Positions 8,284 through 19,127 of a stretch of DNA of 53,858 nucleotides are shown piece by piece (the first letter of the stretch is position 1; each line of letters opens with the position of its first letter). Origin of the DNA: Clostridia bacterium (lineage in GTDB: Bacteria > Bacillota > Clostridia > Oscillospirales > Acutalibacteraceae); the NCBI GenBank assembly GCA_900755995.1, contig CAAEIM010000076.1:1-53858 (forward strand). Reading direction: 5' to 3'. The notes beneath the pieces are model-generated. The model was not told where the DNA came from and searched no databases. It saw nothing but the letters and a program-made list of their open reading frames with translations. The translations under genes were made by a program, and so were the position numbers.

Positions 8284-11200
8284 TTATTCAACGCTCTTTA
8301 AGCTTTCAACCATATTTACCTTTTTTATCTTAAATTCCATTACAAAGTTCACAATCATAGCAAAAGCAAAGGTGAGCAGGGCTGCAAAAATAAACGATGT
8401 GGGCAGAATCTCTCTGCCAAACATTACGTTATCAACCTCAATGGTAAGAATTATAAATCTCGTGAGAAATACGCCGAGTACCAAGCCGCAAATTATACCG
8501 AAAATTGTCAGAACAATGTTTTCTTTATAAATAACGCCTGAGGTTTCCTTGCTGTAAAAGCCCAGCACCTTAAAGGTAGCAATTTCACGCACACGCTCTG
8601 CAATATTAATATTTGTAAGGTTATAAAGCACTACAAATGCAAGCGTTGCTGCGCAGACAATCATTACAAGCACAACCATATTCAGTGAATTGAGCATATC
8701 CTCCATCTCACCCAAACCCGATGACATATAGGTAATGCCGGCAATCTTATCATTTGCAAGAATCTTTTTTCCGAATTTGTCCTGAATATCGTCACCCGTA
8801 CTGTTAAATACCACCTGAGCCATATTGTACTTCGGCTGCTCGCCGAATTTTTCTTCATAGAGCTTTGGAGAAATATAAACAAAATTACTGATATAATGCT
8901 CATATATTCCGCCTACCATAAGCTCAACCGTCTTATCATCAACAGTTACATTTATAGTATCGCCTGCTTGTACCGAAAGCTCATCAGCCATTTTTTCGTT
9001 TATCATAACAGCATCGTCCGAAATATCAAGATGACTGTGTTCTTCCCTTGTTCTAAGCTCAACTACCTGTGAGAAATTTTCAGGATCAGCCATAACCGAA
9101 AGATAGGTACTTTCATCCTTAACAACATTATTCTTGGAAACTACAATCTCCTGCTGATCTACAAGCATAATTGAAGACGCCTCTCCGGTATCTGTAATTG
9201 CCTTTACAAGATAGTCAAGCTCCTGCACAGTTGTGCTGTCCTTGGGAATTACAATCGCATTGTATTTAAAAATCTCACCGTACTGAGTGTCGGTCAGCGG
9301 AATAAAGCTGTTTTTCAGTCCGAAAGCCGCAACGATAAGTGCGGTACAGCCGGCAATACCTATGATAGTCATAAACATTCTTGACTTATATCTGAATATA
9401 TTTCTTGAGGTCAGCTTTGCCGAAAAATTCATATGCTTCCAAACCGGAGTAATTCTCTCAAGCAAAATTCTCTTGCCAGCTTTCGGAGTTTTAGGTCTTA
9501 AAATCTTTGCGCAGGTCTGTCTTAATTCTCTGACGCACACAATTACAGATACAAATAATGTGCACAACACCGCAGCAGCCACACCGAGTACAATACTCTG
9601 CATATCGGGAATTATTCTGATGTCAGGCATATAGTACATAATCTGATATGCGTTGTAAATTATATAGGGAAGTGTATTTATGCCAATCAGAATACCCACT
9701 GTACAGCCAAGTACACCTGCAAAAACTGCGTAGATGACAAATTTCATTATTATGCTCAGATTTCCGTAGCCAATCGCCTTTAATATGCCTATCTCCTTGC
9801 GTTTTTCTTCCACCAGTCTTGACATTGTGGTTACGCAAACCAGAACCGCAACAAGTAAAAAGAACACGGGAAATACCTGTGCAACCGAGTTAAGTCTTTC
9901 CACATTCTGAGAAAAGGTAGAATAGCCGGGTGTATCGTTCCTGTCAAATACATACCATTCAGGCTCTGCTATATTGTTTATTTCCTCTTCGGCATCGGCA
10001 ATTTTTTCCTCTGCCTCTTTAAATTTATCATCTGCCTCAGCCTTTGAATCATTGTACTGCTTCCACGCATCGTCAAGCTGTTCTCTGCCGGTTGTTTTCT
10101 GACTTTCAAGCTCCGTAATACCGCTGTTGTAACTTTCTTCAGCTTCAGTAAGCTCTTTTTCAGCCTGAGCTATCTTTGACTTTCCCTCTGATTTTTGGGT
10201 TTCGAGCTCTGCCTTGCCGTTTTCAAGCTGTTCCTCTGCAATTTGAAGCTGAGCAAGCGCTGAATCAAGCTGAGATTGCCCCTCCGCTTTTTGAGCTTCA
10301 AGCTCTGCTCTGCCGCTGTTGAGTTGTTCCTCAGCATTATTCAGCTGTTCTTCGGCTGCGCTGAGTTGAGCCTCATAGCCTGCAAGCGTTTCCTCAGCCT
10401 GTGAAAGCTGCCGGTTCAATACAGGCAGCAAGGCTTCGTCCTCAATAGCTTCAATCTGTGCCTTTAATTCCTCTATCTGAGAATTACAAAGTGCTATTGC
10501 GTACTCAAGCTGAGGTCTTTGATTTTCTTCAAACTCAGCCTTTGCAGCATTAAATTCAGTTTCTTTCTCAGTAAAAAGCTCCTCAGCCTGAGCAATTTCA
10601 GCGTTAAATTTCTCAAGCCCCGAATAATATTCCGTCTTAGCCGAGTCAATGCTCAACTGAGCTGACTCAAGCTCGCTTTCACCGGCAGCAATTCCGCTTT
10701 CATATTCGATTTTTGAAGCATCAAGCTGTGATTTGTTGTCATCAATCTGCTTTTGGGCAGTATCAAGCTGCGACTGAGCCTCTGCAATCTTACTGTTGTA
10801 TTCATTTTCCGAATCTTCAATTTCTGCTTTTGCGTCGGCAAGCTCATTTTGAGCATTTTCCTTTTCGACAGCGTAATCATTCTTACTGTCCTCAAGCTCC
10901 TTCTTTGCTTTGCCGATTACGTCTGTATCAAAAGCTTCGCAGCGCAAATCTGCGGTATCTTCAAGCGCAGAAGAAAAATTTATAATATTTTGCTCGTATT
11001 CATCATCAAAAGCAGAGGTTTCTCCCTGAGAACAGGTTGTTTTAACATACATTTCGGTGTATCTTTCAAAAATAAAATCCTCCTGAAATATATACATAAA
11101 TGCAGCCACTTTTCCGTTTCCTAAGGTTGTAGCCCCACGCTGATAAGAAATATACATAGGTGATTCAGCCTTGCCGACTATCGTGTATTCCAAAGTATCA

Positions 11201-11715
11201 ACCATATCGAGTGCATCGGAATCTCCGCTTTTTTGGTCAAATACAATCTTATCTCCAAGCTTGTAGCTACTGCTGCCTGCGCTGCCGTATTCTACAAGAA
11301 TTTCTCCCTTTTTTTCGGGCAGTCTGCCCTCCATTACATTCAGGGTATTAAGGGCTTTGTAATTATCATAGCTTTCAGGTGCAGACATTACTCTGATAAC
11401 CTTGCCGTTACTGCTGCCGACCGTTGTTTTGATTATAAGATCTGCAAAATATGACGGCATTACGTCTGTTACATTGTCAAGCTTTGCTACCTCATTTACA
11501 TCATCATCACTAAAGCCGACAGTTGATACAAGGCGGTAATCCATAAGCTCTGTCTGCGAATAATATTCATCAGCCATACCGTACATTGAAGGCACGGTAG
11601 CTTTAATTCCTGACAAAAATCCAACTCCGAGTGCGATTATGGCAAGAATAGAAAAAAATCTTGCCTTTGAGTCGGCAATTTCTTTGAAAGTATTTTTCAA
11701 TAGGGTTTTAGTCAA
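8284..11715 (-). CDS. FtsX/MacB-type ABC transporter permease with long coiled-coil insertion
   Basis: Two permease modules (EEKRKEIGILKAIG; ERVREIATFKVLG), A/E/Q/K-rich heptad region; TTG start. Confidence 0.9.
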   Translation of the reverse strand: MTKTLLKNTFKEIADSKARFFSILAIIALGVGFLSGIKATVPSMYGMADEYYSQTELMDYRLVSTVGFSDDDVNEVAKLDNVTDVMPSYFADLIIKTTVGSSNGKVIRVMSAPESYDNYKALNTLNVMEGRLPEKKGEILVEYGSAGSSSYKLGDKIVFDQKSGDSDALDMVDTLEYTIVGKAESPMYISYQRGATTLGNGKVAAFMYIFQEDFIFERYTEMYVKTTCSQGETSAFDDEYEQNIINFSSALEDTADLRCEAFDTDVIGKAKKELEDSKNDYAVEKENAQNELADAKAEIEDSENEYNSKIAEAQSQLDTAQKQIDDNKSQLDASKIEYESGIAAGESELESAQLSIDSAKTEYYSGLEKFNAEIAQAEELFTEKETEFNAAKAEFEENQRPQLEYAIALCNSQIEELKAQIEAIEDEALLPVLNRQLSQAEETLAGYEAQLSAAEEQLNNAEEQLNSGRAELEAQKAEGQSQLDSALAQLQIAEEQLENGKAELETQKSEGKSKIAQAEKELTEAEESYNSGITELESQKTTGREQLDDAWKQYNDSKAEADDKFKEAEEKIADAEEEINNIAEPEWYVFDRNDTPGYSTFSQNVERLNSVAQVFPVFFLLVAVLVCVTTMSRLVEEKRKEIGILKAIGYGNLSIIMKFVIYAVFAGVLGCTVGILIGINTLPYIIYNAYQIMYYMPDIRIIPDMQSIVLGVAAAVLCTLFVSVIVCVRELRQTCAKILRPKTPKAGKRILLERITPVWKHMNFSAKLTSRNIFRYKSRMFMTIIGIAGCTALIVAAFGLKNSFIPLTDTQYGEIFKYNAIVIPKDSTTVQELDYLVKAITDTGEASSIMLVDQQEIVVSKNNVVKDESTYLSVMADPENFSQVVELRTREEHSHLDISDDAVMINEKMADELSVQAGDTINVTVDDKTVELMVGGIYEHYISNFVYISPKLYEEKFGEQPKYNMAQVVFNSTGDDIQDKFGKKILANDKIAGITYMSSGLGEMEDMLNSLNMVVLVMIVCAATLAFVVLYNLTNINIAERVREIATFKVLGFYSKETSGVIYKENIVLTIFGIICGLVLGVFLTRFIILTIEVDNVMFGREILPTSFIFAALLTFAFAMIVNFVMEFKIKKVNMVESLKSVE

Positions 11716-11745
11716 TGTTCTCTCCCCTTTCGCAGAAAAAACGGA

Positions 11746-12447
11746 TTACCATTCAATTTCTTCAACATTCTTTGGGTTATCATTGTAAGTATCCATAATA
11801 ACCCTGCCGCTTCTCATATTAATTATGTGGTCAGCCATAGGAGTAATAGCGGAATTATGTGTAATCAGCACAACCGTCATATTCTCCTTGCGACAGGTTT
11901 CCTGCAATAGCTTTAAAATCTGCCTTCCTGTGTTATAATCAAGTGCTCCCGTAGGCTCGTCACACAGCAGAAGCTTTGGTCGCTTAGCAAGAGCCCTTGC
12001 TATAGATACTCTCTGCTGTTCGCCGCCCGAAAGCTGAGCCGGAAAATTTTCGCTCCTCTCTTTAAGGCCAACGCTTTCAAGAGCCTTCATACTGTCCATA
12101 GGGTTTTTGCTGATTTGCGTTGCAAGCTCTACATTTTCCTTAGCCGTAAGATTTGGCACGAGATTATAAAACTGAAATACAAATCCTATGTCAAATCTCC
12201 TGTATTCAATAAGCTGCTTGCCGTTTAACTTACTTATATCTCTGCCGCCGACAATAATGCTTCCTTTTGTGCAGGTATCCATACCGCCCAGAATATTCAA
12301 AACTGTGGTTTTTCCTGCGCCCGACGCTCCTACAACTACGCAGAATTCACCCTGTTCAATATTAAAGGAAACACCCTCAACTGCGTTTATGATTATCTCT
12401 CCCATTTTATATATTTTGTAAACGTCTTTAAATTCAACCAGGCTCAT
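11746..12447 (-). CDS. ABC transporter ATP-binding protein (LolD/MacB-like)
   Basis: [36 protein letters not shown] favours ATG 12447. Confidence 0.95.
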   Translation of the reverse strand: MSLVEFKDVYKIYKMGEIIINAVEGVSFNIEQGEFCVVVGASGAGKTTVLNILGGMDTCTKGSIIVGGRDISKLNGKQLIEYRRFDIGFVFQFYNLVPNLTAKENVELATQISKNPMDSMKALESVGLKERSENFPAQLSGGEQQRVSIARALAKRPKLLLCDEPTGALDYNTGRQILKLLQETCRKENMTVVLITHNSAITPMADHIINMRSGRVIMDTYNDNPKNVEEIEW

Positions 12448-12613
12448 AATAACCTCCAAGCGGCAGATTTTTATATTTTTGAATATGTAGATTAATACTG
12501 ATAATAATATAATATTATAGCATTTTTTGTGCTAATTATCAATATACAATTATAGCATATATGTTGAGTAATTCATATTGCACCAAATCCTGCCGGATTA
12601 ATTGCCAATTTGC

Positions 12614-12642
12614 TTGACTGGGGTATTATTTTGTGCTAAAAT
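12614..12642 (+). promoter_or_regulatory. Sigma70/SigA-type promoter of pckA
   Basis: TTGACT-17 bp-TAAAAT with TGn extended -10. Confidence 0.7.
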
Positions 12643-12735
12643 ACTAAGGAACATAGGGTATTACGGCATATTGTCTGGTAATTGCAAATGCCGGCAGCTA
12701 TGTAATTAAGAAAAAACAGAAAGGTTGATACTGAA

Positions 12736-14340
12736 ATGGCAAAGATTGATTTAACTAAGTATGGTATTACCGGTACTACTGAAATTATCCATAATCCTTC
12801 TTATGATGAGCTTTTTGCTGAGGAAACAAAGGCTGATCTCGAAGGCTATGAAAAAGGACAGGAAACTGAGCTTGGCGCAGTTAATGTTATGACCGGTATT
12901 TACACAGGTCGTTCACCTAAAGATAAGTTCATAGTTATGGACGAAAATTCAAAGGACACTGTATGGTGGACTTCAGACGAATATAAGAACGATAACCACC
13001 CTGCTTCACAGGAAACCTGGGAAGCTGTTAAGAAGATTGCTCAGAACGAGCTTTCAAACAAGAAGCTCTATGTTGTAGATGCATTCTGCGGCGCTAACAA
13101 GGACACAAGAATGGCTGTTCGTTTTATCGTTGAGGTTGCTTGGCAGGCACACTTTGTTAAGAATATGTTTATCACTCCATCTGATGAGGAGCTTGAGAAC
13201 TTTGAGCCTGATTTCGTTGTTTACAACGCTTCTAAGGCTAAGGTTGAAAACTACAAGGAGCTTGGTCTTAACTCAGAAACAGCTGTACTTTTCAACATCA
13301 CAAGCCGTGAGCAGGTAATCGTAAACACTTGGTACGGCGGCGAGATGAAAAAGGGTATGTTCTCAATGATGAACTATTACCTCCCGCTCAAGGGTATTGC
13401 TTCAATGCACTGCTCAGCTAACACAGATATGGACGGCAAAAATACTGCTATTTTCTTTGGCCTTTCAGGTACAGGTAAAACTACACTTTCAACAGATCCT
13501 AAAAGACTTCTCATCGGTGATGACGAGCACGGCTGGGACGACAACGGTGTATTTAACTTTGAGGGCGGCTGCTATGCAAAGGTTATTAACCTTGACAAGG
13601 AATCAGAGCCAGACATCTACAACGCAATCAGAAAGGATGCTCTCCTTGAGAACGTAACTGTAGATAAGGACGGTAAGATTGACTTTAACGACAAGTCAGT
13701 TACAGAAAACACTCGTGTATCTTACCCAATTAACCACATTGATAACATTGTTCGCCCTGTATCTTCTGCACCTGCTGCAAAGAATGTTATCTTCCTTTCA
13801 GCTGATGCTTTCGGCGTACTTCCTCCTGTATCAATCCTTACTCCTGAGCAGACAAAGTACTACTTCCTCTCAGGCTTTACAGCTAAGCTTGCAGGTACAG
13901 AGCGTGGCATTACAGAGCCAACTCCAACATTCTCAGCTTGCTTCGGACAGGCTTTCCTTGAGCTTCACCCAACAAAGTATGCTGACGAGCTTGTAAAGAG
14001 AATGGAAAAGAGCGGTGCTAAGGCTTACCTCGTAAACACAGGCTGGAACGGCACAGGCAAGCGTATTTCAATTAAGGACACAAGAGGCATTATTGATGCA
14101 ATTCTTGACGGTTCAATTACAACTGCTCCTACAAAGACAATTCCTCACTTCAACTTTGAGGTTCCAACAGAGCTTCCTGGTGTTGATCCTGCTATTCTCG
14201 ATCCTCGTGACACATATGCTAATGTTGCTGATTGGGAAGCAAAGGCACAGGATCTTGCTTCTCGTTTCGTTAAGAACTTTGCTAAATACGAAGGCAACGA
14301 ACATGGCAGGGCTCTTGTTTCAGCAGGTCCTGAAGTATAA
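12736..14340 (+). CDS. pckA: Phosphoenolpyruvate carboxykinase (ATP)
   Basis: [46 protein letters not shown]; strong codon bias. Confidence 0.98.
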   Translation: MAKIDLTKYGITGTTEIIHNPSYDELFAEETKADLEGYEKGQETELGAVNVMTGIYTGRSPKDKFIVMDENSKDTVWWTSDEYKNDNHPASQETWEAVKKIAQNELSNKKLYVVDAFCGANKDTRMAVRFIVEVAWQAHFVKNMFITPSDEELENFEPDFVVYNASKAKVENYKELGLNSETAVLFNITSREQVIVNTWYGGEMKKGMFSMMNYYLPLKGIASMHCSANTDMDGKNTAIFFGLSGTGKTTLSTDPKRLLIGDDEHGWDDNGVFNFEGGCYAKVINLDKESEPDIYNAIRKDALLENVTVDKDGKIDFNDKSVTENTRVSYPINHIDNIVRPVSSAPAAKNVIFLSADAFGVLPPVSILTPEQTKYYFLSGFTAKLAGTERGITEPTPTFSACFGQAFLELHPTKYADELVKRMEKSGAKAYLVNTGWNGTGKRISIKDTRGIIDAILDGSITTAPTKTIPHFNFEVPTELPGVDPAILDPRDTYANVADWEAKAQDLASRFVKNFAKYEGNEHGRALVSAGPEV

Positions 14341-14365
14341 TTTGTTCTGAATTTATACAGACATT

Positions 14366-14403
14366 AAAACGGGTGCTTTCCCTGCGGAGAGCACCCATTT
14401 TTT
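14366..14403 (+). terminator. pckA terminator
   Basis: GGGTGCTTTCC..GGAGAGCACCC followed by a T run. Confidence 0.8.
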
Positions 14404-14446
14404 ATATAATGCCGTAAAAGCTTACGCTTTCAAATATGAGGTTTTT

Positions 14447-15169
14447 ATGAGTAAAAAAAGAACAACAAAAAATAAAAGCAGCCCTAAAATCACACTGCCT
14501 GTCGCAATAATAACGCTTTGCTGCATAGCATTATTATTCATAATAAATTATGAGCCTGCAAAACAAAACATCTCTCTATCTTCTATTCCCGAATACTCAG
14601 GTTCACCGTATGTTGAGATTAATAATAACGAGCCGTATTTCAGCGAAGATGAATTTACTACATCATCATTTGAATATTATGCTGACTTAGACTCTCTGGG
14701 AAGATGCGGAACAGCATACGCCTGTGTTGGAACAGATATTATGCCAAGCGAGGAGCGAGGCTCAATAGGTCAGATAAAGCCCTCAGGCTGGCACACTGTA
14801 AAGTATGACTGTGTTGACGGAAAATACTTATACAACCGCTGTCATTTAATAGGCTATCAACTGACAGGTGAAAATGTAAACGAGAAAAATCTCATTACAG
14901 GCACCCGATATATGAATGTTGACGGTATGCTTCCGTTTGAGAATATCGTAGCCGACTATGTAAAGGAAACTGATAACCACGCATTATACAGAGTTACTCC
15001 GATTTTTAACGGTGATGACCTTGTAGCCCACGGTGTGCTTATGGAAGCAAAATCGGTTGAGGATAACGGAAAAGGACTTACCTTTTGCGTTTACTGCTAT
15101 AACGTGCAGCCTCAAATCAGTATAGACTATAAAACAGGCGATAGTACATATAGCAAGGGCGGTTATTAA
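14447..15169 (+). CDS. Membrane-anchored DNA/RNA non-specific endonuclease (EndA-like)
   Basis: N-terminal basic + TM anchor; LDSLGRCG, KPSGW, YNRCHLIG, NLITGTRYMN, YRVTP. Confidence 0.88.
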   Translation: MSKKRTTKNKSSPKITLPVAIITLCCIALLFIINYEPAKQNISLSSIPEYSGSPYVEINNNEPYFSEDEFTTSSFEYYADLDSLGRCGTAYACVGTDIMPSEERGSIGQIKPSGWHTVKYDCVDGKYLYNRCHLIGYQLTGENVNEKNLITGTRYMNVDGMLPFENIVADYVKETDNHALYRVTPIFNGDDLVAHGVLMEAKSVEDNGKGLTFCVYCYNVQPQISIDYKTGDSTYSKGGY

Positions 15170-15231
15170 TCTGACATATTCCAATCCATCTTATATTGTC
15201 ACGCCAATATTCCGCCTGAGAAAATAAATCA

Positions 15232-15272
15232 AGGCACAGCTGTGAGAACATACTCGTAGCTGTGCCTGTTTT
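15232..15272. terminator. Terminator between convergent nuclease and Clp ATPase genes
   Basis: AGGCACAGCT..AGCTGTGCCT plus T run. Confidence 0.75.
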
Positions 15273-15302
15273 AGTGTATATAATTATTAGTTATCCAAAG
15301 GC

Positions 15303-17657
15303 TTAAATGGACTCAAGCTTTATGCCTTCGCCGTCTGAGGTTATATTGATTGCCGAAAGTGAAGCAGAACCTGCATCAATCATTGCATTTGCAATCTTCT
15401 CCTCAACCTCCCGCCTGATAGTATTTCTCAAATCTCTTGCCCCGCTGCTGCCATTGCAGGACTTTTTAGCAAGGTATTCGCAGGCTTTGTCATCATAACT
15501 AAACTTAATGTGCTTTTCCTCCATTGTAGGAATATACTCAGAAAGCATTAAACCTGCTATCTTAACGAAATCCTGCTCTGTAAGGCTGTTAAAGACAATA
15601 ATTTCATCTACACGGGCAATAAATTCAGGACGCAGAAACTCAGAGAGCGCCTTCATAACCTTTTCTTTTGAAGCTTCCTCAGCTGACTTGCCAAAGCCGA
15701 GAGCATTTTCTCTGTTAGCCGAGCCTGCATTTGAAGTCATTATGATTACTGTATTCTCAAAGTTTACTGCTCTGCCGTGCGCATCGGTAACCTTGCCCTC
15801 GTCAAGTATCTGAAGAAGAATATTAAGTACATCGGGGTGTGCTTTTTCAATTTCATCAAACAGCAAAACCGAGTAGGGTCTGCGTCTTACCTTTTCTGTT
15901 ACCTGACCTGCCTCGTCATAACCGACATATCCCGGAGGTGAACCGATAATCTTAGATACCGAGTGCTTCTCCATAAATTCGGACATATCAAGTCTGATTA
16001 ATGTTTCGGGAGTATCAAAAAGCTCCTGACTGAGCACCTTTACAAGCTCGGTTTTGCCCACGCCTGTAGGGCCGACAAATATAAATGATGCAGGTCTGCG
16101 ACGGGGTGAAATCTGAACTCTGCTGCGTTTAATTGCAGATGCAAGAACCTCAACAGCCTCGTCCTGACCGATAATCTTCTTTTTAAGAGCATTTTCAATG
16201 TCTGCAAGCTTAGCAAGCTCGTTTTCTCTGATTCTTGAGGCAGGAATACCTGTCCAAAGCTCAATAACTGTGGCTATATCCTCCTCAGTAACCTTGGAAA
16301 CAAGGCTCTCCGGGTCAATTTTGGAAAGCTCGGAATCAACCTTTGCAAGTGATGTATTTACATTTGCAAGCTTTTCATAATCAATTTCATCTGCGGTAGA
16401 AATTTCCTCTTTTTGCAGATTAAGCTTCTGCTGCTCATCTATAAGCTTATCGTGCTTCTCCATATCCTTATTTCTGAGCGCTGCACAAGCGCAGCTTTCA
16501 TCAAGAAGGTCTATAGCTTTGTCCGGCAAAAAGCGGTCTGTTATGTATCTCTCTGAAAGCACAACAGTTTTGCGTACAACCTCATCCTCGACAATTACTC
16601 TGTGATGCTGCTCATAATAATTTTTGACGCCTGCAATAATATCTATAGTCTGCGCAATAGTAGGCTCGCCGACTTTTACGGGCTGGAAACGCCTTTCAAG
16701 CGCAGAATCTTTTTCTATGTATTTTCTGTATTCATTAAATGTTGTAGCGCCTATTACCTGAACCTCACCCCTTGAAAGAGCGGGTTTAAGTATATTAGCC
16801 GCATTCATTGTTCCCTCGTTGTCACCTGTGCCCACAAGTGAATGAACCTCATCAATAAAGAGAATTATATTTCCGTTTTCCTTGACCTCAGAAACAAGAC
16901 CCTTAATACGGCTCTCAAACTGTCCTCTGAACTGAGTTCCGGCAACAAGAGATGTAAGGTCAAGCAGATGAATTTCTTTATTTTTGAGGCGCTGAGGCAC
17001 GTTGCCGTCAGCTATTCTAAGAGCAAGTCCCTCTGCAATGGCGGTTTTACCGACACCCGGCTCGCCTATAAGGCAGGGATTGTTCTTCGTTCTGCGGGAA
17101 AGAATCTGAATTACTCGTTCAATTTCTTTATCTCTGCCGATTATGACGTCAATCCTGCCCTCTTTAGCCTTGCGTGTTAAATCCTCGCAGTAGAGATTAA
17201 GGTGCTTTCTGTTCTTTTCCTTTTTCTCTTTCTTTTTGGAATTTGCCTTTGCGCCGCTGTTTGAGCTGTCATCTTCCGCTTTTTTGCCGCCGAAAACATT
17301 GCTGAAAAACGCAGGAAAGGTTGGAGCACCGTGTGAAAAATCATCATCTTCGCTGCCTGTTTCTTCTCCCAAGTCAAAATCGCCCATACTTTCGGCGAGA
17401 TTATCAGCACCGAGCTGTTGCATAAGCTGAGAAATATCTCCGTCTTCTCCGATATTCTTCATAAGTGAGTCCATCTGATCCTGAACATTTTCAAGGTCAT
17501 CATCAGAAATACCCATCTTGTTTATTAAATCTTCAACAGGCTTAATACCAAGCTCCTTTGCGCAGGTAAGGCAGTAGCCCTTTGTGGCATTATCCTGTGG
17601 ATTGTTTGTTGAAACAAAAACGACAGCAGGTCGTTTTTCGCATCTGCTACAAAGCAT
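15303..17657 (-). CDS. ATP-dependent Clp protease ATP-binding subunit with N-terminal zinc finger (ClpE/ClpC-like)
   Basis: CxxC..CxxC N-terminus; two AAA+ modules ([16 protein letters not shown]), [12 protein letters not shown] loop. Confidence 0.93.
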   Translation of the reverse strand: MLCSRCEKRPAVVFVSTNNPQDNATKGYCLTCAKELGIKPVEDLINKMGISDDDLENVQDQMDSLMKNIGEDGDISQLMQQLGADNLAESMGDFDLGEETGSEDDDFSHGAPTFPAFFSNVFGGKKAEDDSSNSGAKANSKKKEKKEKNRKHLNLYCEDLTRKAKEGRIDVIIGRDKEIERVIQILSRRTKNNPCLIGEPGVGKTAIAEGLALRIADGNVPQRLKNKEIHLLDLTSLVAGTQFRGQFESRIKGLVSEVKENGNIILFIDEVHSLVGTGDNEGTMNAANILKPALSRGEVQVIGATTFNEYRKYIEKDSALERRFQPVKVGEPTIAQTIDIIAGVKNYYEQHHRVIVEDEVVRKTVVLSERYITDRFLPDKAIDLLDESCACAALRNKDMEKHDKLIDEQQKLNLQKEEISTADEIDYEKLANVNTSLAKVDSELSKIDPESLVSKVTEEDIATVIELWTGIPASRIRENELAKLADIENALKKKIIGQDEAVEVLASAIKRSRVQISPRRRPASFIFVGPTGVGKTELVKVLSQELFDTPETLIRLDMSEFMEKHSVSKIIGSPPGYVGYDEAGQVTEKVRRRPYSVLLFDEIEKAHPDVLNILLQILDEGKVTDAHGRAVNFENTVIIMTSNAGSANRENALGFGKSAEEASKEKVMKALSEFLRPEFIARVDEIIVFNSLTEQDFVKIAGLMLSEYIPTMEEKHIKFSYDDKACEYLAKKSCNGSSGARDLRNTIRREVEEKIANAMIDAGSASLSAINITSDGEGIKLESI

Positions 17658-17815
17658 AATCTGCTCCTTTATTTTTAAATTATTGCAGCGGCATAATCTG
17701 AGTTAATGCCGGTTACACAATTAACTATATATCCGCTAACATATATGATATATCATAATTAATAATTTTGCAATTCTTTTTTGTTGTTTTTTCTAATTAT
17801 TTTTCTTTGAGGAAG

Positions 17816-18430
17816 TTATTGTTTGTTTTTAATATTTTTTTGGGACTTATCTTCATCTATTAAGTCTTTATAAATTTTTGCATAACGATAAAGTGCATAC
17901 AGCATAGCCACAGCTGTAATTGAAAGCAAAGCATCGTCAACCAAAATATTTTCACAATTAAAAACTGCTTTTAAAAACACTATTATACATACGGCAAAAT
18001 AAAAAACTATTGTAGCCAGCTTACCAAACCACTCGGCAGCAGGAGGTGTGATTTTCTTTTTAATAAGTCGCAGACCGCCTATCAGCATTATAACATCCTT
18101 TGCAATCAGCACTGCAAGAATGGGAATAACATTCGGAGCATAGAAAGCCATACAAAATGTAACCGATATTAAAGTAATCTTATCTGCAATAGGATCAAGC
18201 AGCTTGCCGAGCTGAGTTACCTGATTCAGTCTTCTTGCAAAATATCCGTCAAGGCAGTCGGAAATACCCGACATTATTATGCATAAGGTCGCCGGAATAT
18301 ACTGCTCACTCAGAAAGAAAATAACAAACGGTATGACAAGCACAAACCTAAGATATGTAAGCAGATTTGGTATTGTCCATAAATCTGATTTTTTTTCAAT
18401 TATTTTCATATTCTTGTTATCCAAATTCAT
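17816..18430 (-). CDS. CDP-alcohol phosphatidyltransferase (PgsA-like)
   Basis: IPNLLT, DCLDGYFAR, GKLLDPIADK; alternative start at 18409. Confidence 0.9.
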   Translation of the reverse strand: MNLDNKNMKIIEKKSDLWTIPNLLTYLRFVLVIPFVIFFLSEQYIPATLCIIMSGISDCLDGYFARRLNQVTQLGKLLDPIADKITLISVTFCMAFYAPNVIPILAVLIAKDVIMLIGGLRLIKKKITPPAAEWFGKLATIVFYFAVCIIVFLKAVFNCENILVDDALLSITAVAMLYALYRYAKIYKDLIDEDKSQKNIKNKQ

Positions 18431-18445
18431 TCCCCTTTTATAAAC

Positions 18446-19111
18446 TCAGCGCTTGAATACGGAAAAAGCAATGCCGCTGATTCCCTCATTTAGTGAAGCT
18501 GCGGAGTTTTTTACATCCATAATCAAAGCAAGCAGTCCAAGACAAATAAAAACTACCACAACGCCCTCAATGCCGCCGAATACTCCTCCCAACACTCTGT
18601 TAATCGGACTGATTATCGGCAATTCAAACAGTTTATTTACAAAATTAATTATAAGCTTAAAAACTATTATAAGCAATATAAATATTATTATTACAAGGAA
18701 AAAACCAAATATACCCGTAACCACAGGCTTTGCGATACCGTCTGCAAGCTGAACCGATGTCATTTTTGAAAAATCGACTTTGCCTGCAAAGTTTTCTACC
18801 AACTGCTTTTCATCCAGACCGAAAATCACACAAAAGAAAGCCACGATAGAAGAAGCCCAATCTGGCAGGTTAGTAAAGATATTTGTTGCTGTAGCTTCAG
18901 ACCGCTCTATAGCTGTACTGAGCTTGACAATCAAATCATCTCTTATAAAATCATTAAAAATCCACTCGGCAACTGCACTTGAGAGTATATCTGAAAACAC
19001 ACAGGCTGCAATTACAGCGGCAATATTCATAATTGACTTTGCAAAACCTCTTACAATACCGCCGATTATAAAAGCTATTATAACCGCTAAAAAAATTAAA
19101 TCAAGTACCAT
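18446..19111 (-). CDS. CvpA family membrane protein
   Basis: DLIF..GIVRGF N-terminus and INRVLGGVFGGIEG motif. Confidence 0.8.
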   Translation of the reverse strand: MVLDLIFLAVIIAFIIGGIVRGFAKSIMNIAAVIAACVFSDILSSAVAEWIFNDFIRDDLIVKLSTAIERSEATATNIFTNLPDWASSIVAFFCVIFGLDEKQLVENFAGKVDFSKMTSVQLADGIAKPVVTGIFGFFLVIIIFILLIIVFKLIINFVNKLFELPIISPINRVLGGVFGGIEGVVVVFICLGLLALIMDVKNSAASLNEGISGIAFSVFKR

Positions 19112-19127
19112 AAATTAATTACCCTCA

